Below, in pieces: positions 1 through 9,466 of a stretch of 64,000 bases of DNA. The translations under genes and the position numbers were made by a program. Numbering within the stretch: position 1 is the stretch's first letter; every line of letters starts with the position of its first letter. Location of the stretch: positions 1 through 64,000 of the IMG/VR virus record IMGVR_UViG_3300017991_000002; one strand, 5' to 3'. The notes beneath the pieces are model-generated. The model had not been told where the DNA came from and ran no database searches. It saw only the letters and a list, made by a program, of their open reading frames with translations.

Positions 1-505
1 AATATGCTTTTCGACCGGGGTTAAATGAAATTTCATATCCACCGTAAAACTCCTTCAGTGCCAATCGAACATACCCGAGCTTTTCAAGGTCTCCCCTGGG
101 GACGGCAATGAACCTCGTACCGGTCAGCCGTTCATTTAACTTCAGGGATCGATTAATATCGTGGTAAGTTCTCATTGATTTTCTGATTTTAACGGCCGTT
201 ACCCGATCAACATTAAGATACCGACGGGCCATCTCCTTGTCACGAGACTCAGGAGGATACGTCGGCCAGTATGAGGATCTGGCAGTTGCCTGGATTCTAC
301 TGACTGGCTCCTTGATAGAGGTCAATGACTTTTTCAACAAGGAGATACCATAAATTGCCCCGGCCAATGCACTCAAGCTTCCGAAGGTTTTCAGAACCTT
401 CCGGACCACCCTCTTGGTCTTCGTGTCGGCCTTCTTCTCCTGCTTGATCCTCTGGGCTAGATCAGAATAATCTGTATATGGTATCGAGATCGATGACTCA
501 ATCAT
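1..505 (-). CDS. Partial virion-cluster protein (runs off left edge)
   Basis: Hand translation from ATG at 505: MIESSISIPYTDYSDLAQRIKQEKK..., open to position 1; Gly/Ala hydrophobic stretch followed by basic residues like its neighbours. Confidence 0.7.
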   Translation of the reverse strand, partial: MIESSISIPYTDYSDLAQRIKQEKKADTKTKRVVRKVLKTFGSLSALAGAIYGISLLKKSLTSIKEPVSRIQATARSSYWPTYPPESRDKEMARRYLNVDRVTAVKIRKSMRTYHDINRSLKLNERLTGTRFIAVPRGDLEKLGYVRLALKEFYGGYEISFNPGRKAY

Positions 506-521
506 TTGTCCTGGTATTACT

Positions 522-1166
522 TTAAGCATTTAAACCCTCTGGTAAATAAATCATCACTTTCTTTGTCATTTTCGACCGACTCAGATCCGAAGGAGTCACA
601 AACTTCTTGGGAGATTTGGTCGTAAAGTTAATATCCTTGTATGCAATGGAGATAAGATTAGAGCAAATAACAGAAAAACTATTGGGCCTTTTCTTCTCCT
701 TGAACTTTTTGTGTAATAGTTTTCTTTTTGCTTTGTGTGCCACCGTCTTGACCGTACCCCAAAGAGTTACCCGCATCCCTTTCTTGTGAGCATGCTTAAT
801 AAATTTAATGGCTTCCTTCTTCTGCTGTGGGGTAGCTCTTGGTCGTAACAACAGTACCGGACTCTTCTTAATAAAACGATTTACCGATACGATAAAGGTC
901 CCTGTTGGAATAGCGTTGAATACCTTACCCCCTCCCAAATAAAATGCCGAATGAGGAAAATACTCCTGCTGTGGTAATGATAGTGTATATGACCACCTGC
1001 CTGGCCCTTTAAAACCTCGATACTTGGCCATAGTTCTCGTATTTATTATATCCCCCGGTTTCATGGCACTAATAAACTCCTCCGGATCGTGGGTTATGGG
1101 CACACGTTCAGGTATTCTGGGCTTTAAGGCAAATTCACTCAATACTGCTTCTTGTATACTGGCCAT
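522..1166 (-). CDS. Permuted papain-like NlpC/P60 (YiiX/YebB-like) hydrolase
   Basis: PGDII, HSAFYLGGGKV (His first), CSNLISIAY (Cys later) and VTPSDL motifs in permuted order. Confidence 0.75.
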   Translation of the reverse strand: MASIQEAVLSEFALKPRIPERVPITHDPEEFISAMKPGDIINTRTMAKYRGFKGPGRWSYTLSLPQQEYFPHSAFYLGGGKVFNAIPTGTFIVSVNRFIKKSPVLLLRPRATPQQKKEAIKFIKHAHKKGMRVTLWGTVKTVAHKAKRKLLHKKFKEKKRPNSFSVICSNLISIAYKDINFTTKSPKKFVTPSDLSRSKMTKKVMIYLPEGLNA

Positions 1167-1167
1167 G

Positions 1168-2019
1168 TTATCCCTTCATTCTGTCCTGAAGCATTGAAAT
1201 GCGATGACCAAGTCCTTCCCATTTTCTTACTGACTTGTCCGCATCATGAAACACCTTATCTGCTGTTTTAAACTCTGCTTGCCACTTCTTTTCACTTTCC
1301 GTATCTCCCTTTCTATGGGACATCTTAATGAAGTCCTGGGCAACCTTCTTTGCCCTTTCCGCTTCCATCCTAATACCGTTAGCCTCCATTGCATGATCTA
1401 CCACAGAGTCCATCATATTTTTTACACGACTCATAGTCTCGGGCTCGTCTCGGGCTGCGGCCGCACGCCTACGGTACTGACCAATCTCGGCCGCAGTAAG
1501 GTAAAGATCCATTATAAATTTATATGCCTTCCATATTTCACTTAAGGCTAAAGCCAAAAAAACAGCAGGTATAATCTTCCTCCCGAATTCATACCGGTTA
1601 ATATCCCTGAGACGCTTAGGATCGACAAATCTTCCTTGGTGGTCAACATAAACATAGGGCTTTCCCCGAGATTTCCATTTTTTATACACAAAGGAGGCTG
1701 CCCCTACCGAAGCTCCGATAAGAGACCCCATCAGATACCCTAACAGTCCAAACGCAAGAGCACCCACCCCAACCATCCCAACGCCGCTTCTGACTTTGGA
1801 AAGATTAACTATGGCCCGGCGGCCTGTGAGCATACGCTCTTTCGGGACAGTGCTTCTCGGTCTTTCTTGTCCTATAGCTGTAAGAGTTCCTAGGGCTGCA
1901 CCGACTCCTGCACCGATCTTCAGTCCTTTTACACTTCCCTTACCCAGGCCAACCGCAATTGATCTTGTTAGTGTCGGAACCACCACTTTCCCTTTACGGA
2001 TTTTGGGGTAATGGTACAC
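1168..2019 (-). CDS. Basic protein with Gly/Ala-rich hydrophobic segments, putative virion/ejection protein
   Basis: 283 aa; several Gly-zipper-like segments followed by Lys/Arg clusters. Confidence 0.55.
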   Translation of the reverse strand: MYHYPKIRKGKVVVPTLTRSIAVGLGKGSVKGLKIGAGVGAALGTLTAIGQERPRSTVPKERMLTGRRAIVNLSKVRSGVGMVGVGALAFGLLGYLMGSLIGASVGAASFVYKKWKSRGKPYVYVDHQGRFVDPKRLRDINRYEFGRKIIPAVFLALALSEIWKAYKFIMDLYLTAAEIGQYRRRAAAARDEPETMSRVKNMMDSVVDHAMEANGIRMEAERAKKVAQDFIKMSHRKGDTESEKKWQAEFKTADKVFHDADKSVRKWEGLGHRISMLQDRMKG

Positions 2020-2047
2020 AAGCCGTAGCTTCTCTTCCCGTGCCTTC

Positions 2048-2662
2048 TTATGCTTGGGCTCTTAACTTTATGGCCTTAACAGAAGGAGCAATCCCGGTCG
2101 CTGATGGTCGCATTAAGGCACCCATCACCAACGAACCGTATCGATCCCTCCAATCCTTACCAAACCATCCCTTGTAACGATTGGCGGCAATCGGTCTCTC
2201 TATCCTACCCTTCAACTTACCCGAAAAGGCAGCAGTATATGCAGCCTCGGAAACTCTCCCCAATGTATAGTCAACAAAATTACTGGACATTTTATCCAAT
2301 AATGCAGGCTTCGAGAGCAGGGACATAAGCCCAGGACTTGATAACCCCGAATCTTTAAAGTCCTTCAACTCATCTTTATACATAGAAACGGCAAGGTTAT
2401 CCGGGACAAGGCCACTTATATTTTTCTTCACCACCTTGATCCTTGAGGATCTTGCAAGGGCAGACTTAACGGTTATCTTCCTCGGCCCAACCAACTTACG
2501 GGCCTCTTCAACAGCAATGTCCCACGTCCTCTTCAGGATCTGGTCAATAAGATCGATCATCTGGGCACGGGTCTTGGCGGCTCTATGTTTTCGATACCAA
2601 CCCCTTATCAGCTCGAATTCCGTTCTTTTTTTAGACTTCTTTGCTGCTTCCTGCAGGTTCAT
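2048..2662 (-). CDS. Hypothetical virion-cluster protein
   Basis: 204 aa; N-terminus MNLQE-AA; start overlaps the upstream stop. Confidence 0.6.
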   Translation of the reverse strand: MNLQEAAKKSKKRTEFELIRGWYRKHRAAKTRAQMIDLIDQILKRTWDIAVEEARKLVGPRKITVKSALARSSRIKVVKKNISGLVPDNLAVSMYKDELKDFKDSGLSSPGLMSLLSKPALLDKMSSNFVDYTLGRVSEAAYTAAFSGKLKGRIERPIAANRYKGWFGKDWRDRYGSLVMGALMRPSATGIAPSVKAIKLRAQA

Positions 2663-3276
2663 TACTTATGCTTCTCCCAATACTCTTCGCCTTCCTTCTC
2701 CATCTTATCGAGCCGGGTGTAATAGTCCGGCAGTTCCATCAAATGTGCCTTGGCGATCGCCTTTGAGATAGTGGGATTATCGTGGTGTTCCTTCTTCTCC
2801 ACCTCAATCCCTCGCTTAAGTTCCCGGGCATCAAACTTCCTATCTGGAACATCAGCATGTTTCAAGTCCGAGGCCCGGACGATAGGATCAACATCTTCTT
2901 CCTCTTCGTCCTCTTCCATGCTACCGGCCTTTACAAGCTTGTGGGCAATTTTGTAGACGAACTCCTCGGCCGTCTCCGGATCAATACCATTCTCCACCGC
3001 AAAATTATGGAACTCTTTATCCGATGGCTCAGGATGTGAAGCAATATACTTAATAATCGCTTTTGCCTGATCAGGGGAGACATCCTCATACATGGGAGTA
3101 CGGAAGCCGCCGGGAACCTTATTAAACCTCAGGGCGGAAGCCCGTAGACTTCGAGCAGACCCACCATCGGTTCCTCGCTCCGGGGTTGCCCACATTCCTT
3201 TCCGTTTTTTATATTCCTGCGGGGACTCGAAGCGTCCTGCACCGGACTCGAGTACCGCTTCTCTGATTGAAGCCAT
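2662..3276 (-). CDS. DUF5661-like domain protein
   Basis: C-terminal ELKRGIEVEKKEH...AIAKAHLMELPDYYTRL; N-terminus MASIRE-AVLE. Confidence 0.7.
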   Translation of the reverse strand: MASIREAVLESGAGRFESPQEYKKRKGMWATPERGTDGGSARSLRASALRFNKVPGGFRTPMYEDVSPDQAKAIIKYIASHPEPSDKEFHNFAVENGIDPETAEEFVYKIAHKLVKAGSMEEDEEEEDVDPIVRASDLKHADVPDRKFDARELKRGIEVEKKEHHDNPTISKAIAKAHLMELPDYYTRLDKMEKEGEEYWEKHK

Positions 3277-3381
3277 GTGTTACTCCTTTTTCGTGATGAC
3301 ACACCAATACCGACTCCTTCGTTGGAGCTCGGCATGTGTTCCAACTCGTCCCGACCGCATCGATGACATAATGTCACCCCC

Positions 3382-4284
3382 TTAGAAGCTAAAGGGTTCT
3401 AATGCAGTTGGGGCACTTATTTTTGGTCCACTCGGATACTTTCCGACATTCCTTCCATGGCGAGATGGGGAAACGTTCGAACTGGCGGGCTTCCCGATCG
3501 GCATCTTATCGATCCCGAGGTCCTGAATTGCCATCTGGGCCAGCAACTTGGCGGCACGATCGATAGCAATGCCGGACTTGGCCATCTCAACAGCATGGGT
3601 AATCTTCCGGATCTTCATCGGGTTTCGGATGATTGCCTTGATTGTGTTTCTGACTTCCGCCGGGCTGATGTACATTCCTCGCCGTATTGACTCCTTCAAG
3701 ACAGTGGCAGTAGCGGCTTGCAGCATCTCCCTCGAGTGCCTGGCCTTGAACCACTTAACACCTGCAGCAACCATGGTAGCACCCAGGACCGCAACGAGCG
3801 GTTTCAGCGTCTTGGTAATGTCTGCGATCGGTATCATCCCCCTCTTGAACTTCGAGTCGACTGTTTTAGCAGCAGTAGCCCCTGTTTTGAAATACTCCTC
3901 CGGTCCCATTACCCTGGCCTCTTGTAAACCACCGTTCCTGCGAATGATCCTCCATTGCTCGAGAATAACAGCCCGAGGGTCAGCACTGGAAAGTCTCACC
4001 TTCACCGGTTCATCATCTGCTTCCGCCAGGTAGAGTCCAAAGAGGGAGGCAACGCCTTCTTCATCGATCACTACACAATCCGACAGTAATTGGTCACCGT
4101 CGCCTTCATAAAAGTCCAATAGAAAGAAAAACTCATCCTCGGACAGCCCGCCGTCTACCCCCTCAGCCTCCTCAATGGGGGTCTTGAAGGGGAAGACAAG
4201 GCCGGCACGTTCACCGTGGACGAGATACTCCCCAATGGATCCGATCATGGCGTCGGAAAGATCTACTGGAGTTCTGATCATCAC
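3382..4284 (-). CDS. Putative virion protein, acidic N-half and basic C-half
   Basis: 300 aa; charge switches at GGLQE-AR. Confidence 0.6.
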   Translation of the reverse strand: MMIRTPVDLSDAMIGSIGEYLVHGERAGLVFPFKTPIEEAEGVDGGLSEDEFFFLLDFYEGDGDQLLSDCVVIDEEGVASLFGLYLAEADDEPVKVRLSSADPRAVILEQWRIIRRNGGLQEARVMGPEEYFKTGATAAKTVDSKFKRGMIPIADITKTLKPLVAVLGATMVAAGVKWFKARHSREMLQAATATVLKESIRRGMYISPAEVRNTIKAIIRNPMKIRKITHAVEMAKSGIAIDRAAKLLAQMAIQDLGIDKMPIGKPASSNVSPSRHGRNVGKYPSGPKISAPTALEPFSF

Positions 4285-4352
4285 GTACTCCTTGGTAATT
4301 TTATATAGTCCCGCGGCGGGCCCGGCAATCGGGCCCTGATTTCATTCCGCGT

Positions 4353-5996
4353 TTACTTCCGGGCTTCTTTCTCTGCTTTCTTCTTCGCGCGTCGTTTCTT
4401 TAAAGCTTTGACTCCTTTGTATGCACCTAATCCGGCAGCAAGACCAGCAGCGGCCGTTCCTATGCGAGCTGTTCTTTGCATTTTGGCATAGTCCTTGTCC
4501 GGTATACCAGCCATATAGGACTTTGTCGCAAAACTACCTGCTTTCCTTGCCTGCTTCCGAGTAAGGCCGGATTTCCTAGCCTTCATTTCTGCATCCACAC
4601 CGGTTTTCACGGCTGCCTTATAATGCCCCTTCTGCCTCTTGTACTCTTGCCCGGCTTTAAATGCCTTCTCTCGCGCCTTTTGGCCTATTTTGAAAGCAAG
4701 GTCTTTTTCCTCGAGGTCGTCTTCTTCAACGTCCCCGATACCGAGAATAGCATCTGCCACTTCAGAAGCATCAAGCTCACCAGCAGCAATCCCTTCAATA
4801 ATTCCTTCAGCGGTGCCGAGTATCTCAGCATCCTCCTCAGCGGCCTCAACCATCTCCATGTAATCATAGAGCTGGGTGGCCTCTTCTTCGGTCAACCCAT
4901 CAACGAAAACGTCGACCTGGCTATCCGGTACCTGCATCAGGTTTTCAAACAATTCGAAGATGAGGTCTTCGCTCATGTTTTCTTCACTTTTACCAGACTC
5001 CCTAGCACCAAGCTCCGCACCCTTCTGAAAACCCTTCTGAAATTGTTTCTGAAGAGACCAAGGTCCTTTCTTACCTTTTCTTGTATAAAGGGACTTAGAG
5101 ACACCAGGTTCCTTGGATAGAAGTTTCTTGTATCTCGGGATGGTGTCTTGTTTTGCCTGGTACTTAGCGCCAACACCTACCAATTTCTTGGCCAGCTTCT
5201 TGGGGGCCCCGACTTCCCTACCCATCCTCGTCAAGGTTTGGTGCATCTTCTCCCCAGATTTCTGACCCCGAAATCCCGTAATACCCATTCTCTGTTTCAT
5301 TTTCCTGGCACCCATACCACGAGCCTTCTTATAAAGCTCCATCTTTCGTTCCTTGGAGACCTCTTCAATTGCGCCTTCGCAGAACGGACACACCAGGAAG
5401 TCACCATCGTCATCTTCAAGCAGGAGACCGTCGACGTCGACAAAGGACTCATTGCAGTGTGGACATTCAATAACATCTTCCTGCTGGGATTTTTTGGCTT
5501 TGCGTCGTTTGTACAGCTTCCGAGCCAGTGCAGCCGCGGCAATACCGGCACCAATACCGGCAGCAGTTTTTGGATGGGCTTTGATGGCCCCGCCAGCCTT
5601 ACCTGCAGTCTCTCCGGTTTTACCGAGAAACTCAGCAGCTTTCCGTTTCCGTTCATAACTCCGCATGCGTTTAACATCGGGGTCTACATACTCGTCCAAC
5701 TCGAGTGTACTTTCACAATAAGGACACTCGTAGTACTGTCCCTCATCGTCTTCATAGAGCTGGACATCTTCTTCGTTAAATTCTTGTTCACAAAATGGAC
5801 ATTCGATAATCATTGATCGTTCCTCCATATTTAAAGTAAAAGGTTTCCCTTCTTGTTCTCCTTCTTGTGCGGGTTCGAGTCCTCGTTTCTTTGCAGTAGC
5901 ATAGAAAACTTGTTTTCCTTTCTTGTTTCCATACTGCCGGATCATACTCCGAAGGACATCCTCCCCTCTTCCTTTGTAGTATTTTGAGATTGGCAT
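4353..5996 (-). CDS. Modular virion polyprotein with two acidic C4 Zn-ribbons and basic segments
   Basis: CPFC..CPYC and CPHC..CPFC modules alternate with Lys/Arg-rich segments. Confidence 0.65.
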   Translation of the reverse strand: MPISKYYKGRGEDVLRSMIRQYGNKKGKQVFYATAKKRGLEPAQEGEQEGKPFTLNMEERSMIIECPFCEQEFNEEDVQLYEDDEGQYYECPYCESTLELDEYVDPDVKRMRSYERKRKAAEFLGKTGETAGKAGGAIKAHPKTAAGIGAGIAAAALARKLYKRRKAKKSQQEDVIECPHCNESFVDVDGLLLEDDDGDFLVCPFCEGAIEEVSKERKMELYKKARGMGARKMKQRMGITGFRGQKSGEKMHQTLTRMGREVGAPKKLAKKLVGVGAKYQAKQDTIPRYKKLLSKEPGVSKSLYTRKGKKGPWSLQKQFQKGFQKGAELGARESGKSEENMSEDLIFELFENLMQVPDSQVDVFVDGLTEEEATQLYDYMEMVEAAEEDAEILGTAEGIIEGIAAGELDASEVADAILGIGDVEEDDLEEKDLAFKIGQKAREKAFKAGQEYKRQKGHYKAAVKTGVDAEMKARKSGLTRKQARKAGSFATKSYMAGIPDKDYAKMQRTARIGTAAAGLAAGLGAYKGVKALKKRRAKKKAEKEARK

Positions 5997-6002
5997 TGTT
6001 CC

Positions 6003-6839
6003 TTACCCTGTCCTTTCAATCGATTGTATCTTTGAATCGGGAATCTTGTCAACCGATGGGTATGATTTACTCCGTGCACGATGGGTTGTCACAAAGTATC
6101 CCGTTCCATCTTTCTTGACTGAAACTCCCGAGAATCGTTTCCGTTGTTCCGGCATAAGATTAACATAATAATTACCGTGCCGGTCAGTATTTCCCTTTTC
6201 CTGGAGAGAGATAATGCTCTCTTTTAGCTTTCTCTTTCTCAGCTTCCCCATCCTACCCCGATATTGGACATATCTATAACCCCAAGCCGGAATACTAAGC
6301 AACGCACCCGCGGCTGCAGCAGTTTTTGGGTCTACATGGTAGTGCCCATAAGGCATTCCATGCTTTCGCAATTGCTTCTGCACCTGAGCCGTTGATAATC
6401 CAGCTGCTGCTCCACCGGTCATATAACCTACCAGGGAAGGAGGTCCTTCACCTATTTTCCTGCCTCGTAGTTTCCTGGCCACTGATGAGCCTACATCATA
6501 GCCAAGTCCTGCAGCGAGAGAACCAGTTCCAGCAATTGCACCCGCAGAAGCACCGTGCTTTGCCATATGTTTTGCCATTACTTTGGGATCAGTATTTCCT
6601 CCATACATGTATGAGGGGGCCGATCCGATTGCAGCAGCAGAAAGACCATGCTCACCGGCACGTTTTACTCTATACTGTAACTGTCGACCCGCCCTTCGGA
6701 GAATTGATCGTTCATATAAAAGATCTTCTTTTAACTTCTTCTTGAAAGATGGATCCCTCTTGACCGCAGCCGCGACTCGTTCAAATCGTACTAAGCTAGG
6801 ACTATAATCTATATCCATTCTATTACTCCTCATGTCCAC
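6003..6839 (-). CDS. Putative virion protein with conserved phage C-terminal domain
   Basis: Ends GVSVKKDGTGYFVTTHRARSKSYPSVDKIPDSKIQSIERTG; Gly/Ala-rich middle. Confidence 0.6.
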   Translation of the reverse strand: MDMRSNRMDIDYSPSLVRFERVAAAVKRDPSFKKKLKEDLLYERSILRRAGRQLQYRVKRAGEHGLSAAAIGSAPSYMYGGNTDPKVMAKHMAKHGASAGAIAGTGSLAAGLGYDVGSSVARKLRGRKIGEGPPSLVGYMTGGAAAGLSTAQVQKQLRKHGMPYGHYHVDPKTAAAAGALLSIPAWGYRYVQYRGRMGKLRKRKLKESIISLQEKGNTDRHGNYYVNLMPEQRKRFSGVSVKKDGTGYFVTTHRARSKSYPSVDKIPDSKIQSIERTG

Positions 6840-7321
6840 GTTGTTCCGGAGCCATAGTTCTCTTCAGGTTCCCGAGCGTTCTTTCCAACCTCTGCACGAG
6901 GACCCATTACCCTATACTTAGGCTTCCTCATCCTTTCATATAATAAAGCAGCCTCTCGAATGCTCATTCCTTCATTTTTTGTTTTCTCTGCTTTTACAAC
7001 AATCTTCTTGGCCCAAGAATAACCGGGATTTCCTCCCCAAAGGAGCCAGGACACATAAGACTTACTCGGTGGATCAGTCGTATGCTTGTCCTTGAAGGCA
7101 CTGTGTCGGTCAAAGAAGGCCTTCATCCGTTTGACCGTTTCCAGGCTCAGGGCATCGCCGTTCTTAATATTGACTGCACGTTGAACGCCTGAGCCAATCC
7201 CTTCGGCTGCAGCTTGCTTCACTGACAGTCCACCCTTGCCGCCGGACTTCTTTCGAAGTTCCAGGCCGCGGGCCGCTGCTTTCCTGGCTGCTGGTGGTGG
7301 AATGTATCCCATATTACTCAC
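6830..7321 (-). CDS. Phage head-associated domain protein (SWLLWGG motif)
   Basis: AARGLELR...LSLETVKRMKAFFDRH...VSWLLWGGNPGYSWAKKIV, a domain I recognise from phage head morphogenesis/protease-linked proteins. Confidence 0.65.
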   Translation of the reverse strand: MSNMGYIPPPAARKAAARGLELRKKSGGKGGLSVKQAAAEGIGSGVQRAVNIKNGDALSLETVKRMKAFFDRHSAFKDKHTTDPPSKSYVSWLLWGGNPGYSWAKKIVVKAEKTKNEGMSIREAALLYERMRKPKYRVMGPRAEVGKNAREPEENYGSGTTWT

Positions 7322-9464
7322 CTTTTGGCTTCTTGGTTCCCCGCCAATCCCATTTCGTTTTCAGCTCAATAATATCAAAAGGAGAAAACCCGAGGTTCAG
7401 CAAACGAGCATAGCCAAAGGACAATGCATCCTCCGGAGAAAGTCCGTGCTTTGACAACAGGTCAACGATCCTGGAACGATTAACCCCACCGGCATTGGCC
7501 GATTCAAACATTGCTTCATCAAGATTTACGGATGCCTCCGCAACCAGCATATCAATATACTCATTAATGTCTTCAATATGGCTCAGATCCTCTTCCACTT
7601 TTCCAATGGAACGAAGGGCAACATCCTTGGACACATTGAAGTTTTCCATCAATTCCCGGACAGCAATCGCAAGGATTTCCCGGTCAGCGTCTTCTTCGAT
7701 CGGTTCACCCTTAATGACTGCCTCTACTCGGGGATACAGGGTCGATACCAGCTCGTAGTGAGCCTCCTTGACCTCCCGTTCCTTCAGGCCCTCCAACATG
7801 GAGAAATCAACGCCATTGAGCACCTCGTCGATCGCTTTGGTCAGTCCGCCAGGCTTAAGATCATAATCACGCTTTAACCGTTCCGCCAATTGTCGACCAA
7901 TGACCCGTTTATGGACCGAGTCAGCGACCGGTCCTGTCTTCCGGAAGAACTTGGCCTTCTTGCGATAATCTACACCGGAACCCCGGGCCTGGGGATTGTA
8001 CCGCTGCATCATCACTTCGCCGGAACGGGCAGCACCTGCAGCGGGCCTATATTCTGACAAGTCAGCTTCCTTCACGTACTGATTACCCTTGCCCATTGAC
8101 GGCTTCGGGGTCATCTCAATGCTTCTTCGATCCGCAGCAAGCGTCCTACGCTCGTCGCCAGTTGTTGCCGTTGAGCCGGAAGCTCCAGTCACCGCAATCC
8201 TGGTTCCTTGATTGTCAATCGGGGCATTACGATCTTTTAACATGGCCGGATCAATTCGACGAACACCGTGGGCTTCTGATATCTTGGCTTTTTTGGCTTT
8301 GCGCTTGGCCAAAAGTTCTTTAGCCTTCTTATAAGCTACAGCACCGGTAATACCGGCCCCCGCTAAAGCGGCTCCTTTTCCAATACGGAAATCTTTTCCT
8401 TTAGTTGGAGCATCCTTTGTTACAGTCACAGTTGCTGAGGGTAAACCTATTCCCTTAGCTGATACAGGCTTAGGAGGCCTACGCAGACCTTTGATCGCTT
8501 GCCCGGCCTTAAACCCGATCTCTCCAGCCTTCAACCTGGTCTTCAGGAGAGGTGAATCTGGACTATACGTCTTCTCGTCCAAATCGTCCTTCTCCATAAC
8601 CTTAACCCTCTTCTTGATCTTGGGCTTTCCCTTCGGCAATCCTGCACGAGGATCCGGTGCATTGTGTGGAAACACGAAGCCGACGCCGGGTTGTTCACTC
8701 AGGCTTTTGGAGACGATCATTTTTCGCTCGGGGCTGAGCTCTTCCAACCCTCCCTTCTCGCCCATATACCCGGGTTCTGCTTTCCAGAAGCGTCGTTTCT
8801 TGGCGCTGGTTCGATCACCGGCTGGCGGAAGTCCCTTACCATGGAAGTCAACCTCGTGGGTCATCGTCGTGTCCTTACCGGAAAGCATTCCGGTGGGGGC
8901 TTCGTCGACATCATCTTCTCGAACATCTTTTCCAGCTTTTGCTTGCTGTATGTTCTTGACGAACTTGGCATGGAGGCGTTTCTCCTTCTCCACTCCAAAG
9001 TCTCTTTTACCGATCCGCTCCGCATGTCTCACGAATTTCGAGCCGATCTCTGACTCCATAAGGGTCCCTTTCTTACCGGCCTCTTCCTTGTCATCCTTCT
9101 CGTCCTTCTGCTTATTATAAACTGCCAATGCTCTCCTATAATCGGACCGAAAGTCCTCCTCAAGAGACTGGCCGCATACTTCTTTGATTTGTTGCTTCAA
9201 TAATTCTCGACTGGTCATGTTTTCACCTACCGTCTTCCCACCTTTCAGTCTACCAGGGGCAACTCCAGTTCCCTGGATACCGTCCGGGGTATGTTTTGTA
9301 TGTTCACGGGCATTCAATGACCCGACGTTTGCTTTTCCGACCCTTCCAAGCGCTCCAGCCTCCGCCACGGTCGCTGTCTTTATCTTCTTCAGCTTCGGAC
9401 GTCTGAACTCCTTACTGGCAGAAACCCAAGCCTTTCCGGAAATGCCGCGGAGTGATTCCTTCAT
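7314..9464 (-). CDS. Large basic/acidic virion polyprotein
   Basis: 716 aa low-complexity mosaic with many L/I/V-x-E sites. Confidence 0.65.
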   Translation of the reverse strand: MKESLRGISGKAWVSASKEFRRPKLKKIKTATVAEAGALGRVGKANVGSLNAREHTKHTPDGIQGTGVAPGRLKGGKTVGENMTSRELLKQQIKEVCGQSLEEDFRSDYRRALAVYNKQKDEKDDKEEAGKKGTLMESEIGSKFVRHAERIGKRDFGVEKEKRLHAKFVKNIQQAKAGKDVREDDVDEAPTGMLSGKDTTMTHEVDFHGKGLPPAGDRTSAKKRRFWKAEPGYMGEKGGLEELSPERKMIVSKSLSEQPGVGFVFPHNAPDPRAGLPKGKPKIKKRVKVMEKDDLDEKTYSPDSPLLKTRLKAGEIGFKAGQAIKGLRRPPKPVSAKGIGLPSATVTVTKDAPTKGKDFRIGKGAALAGAGITGAVAYKKAKELLAKRKAKKAKISEAHGVRRIDPAMLKDRNAPIDNQGTRIAVTGASGSTATTGDERRTLAADRRSIEMTPKPSMGKGNQYVKEADLSEYRPAAGAARSGEVMMQRYNPQARGSGVDYRKKAKFFRKTGPVADSVHKRVIGRQLAERLKRDYDLKPGGLTKAIDEVLNGVDFSMLEGLKEREVKEAHYELVSTLYPRVEAVIKGEPIEEDADREILAIAVRELMENFNVSKDVALRSIGKVEEDLSHIEDINEYIDMLVAEASVNLDEAMFESANAGGVNRSRIVDLLSKHGLSPEDALSFGYARLLNLGFSPFDIIELKTKWDWRGTKKPKGE

Positions 9465-9466
9465 GG

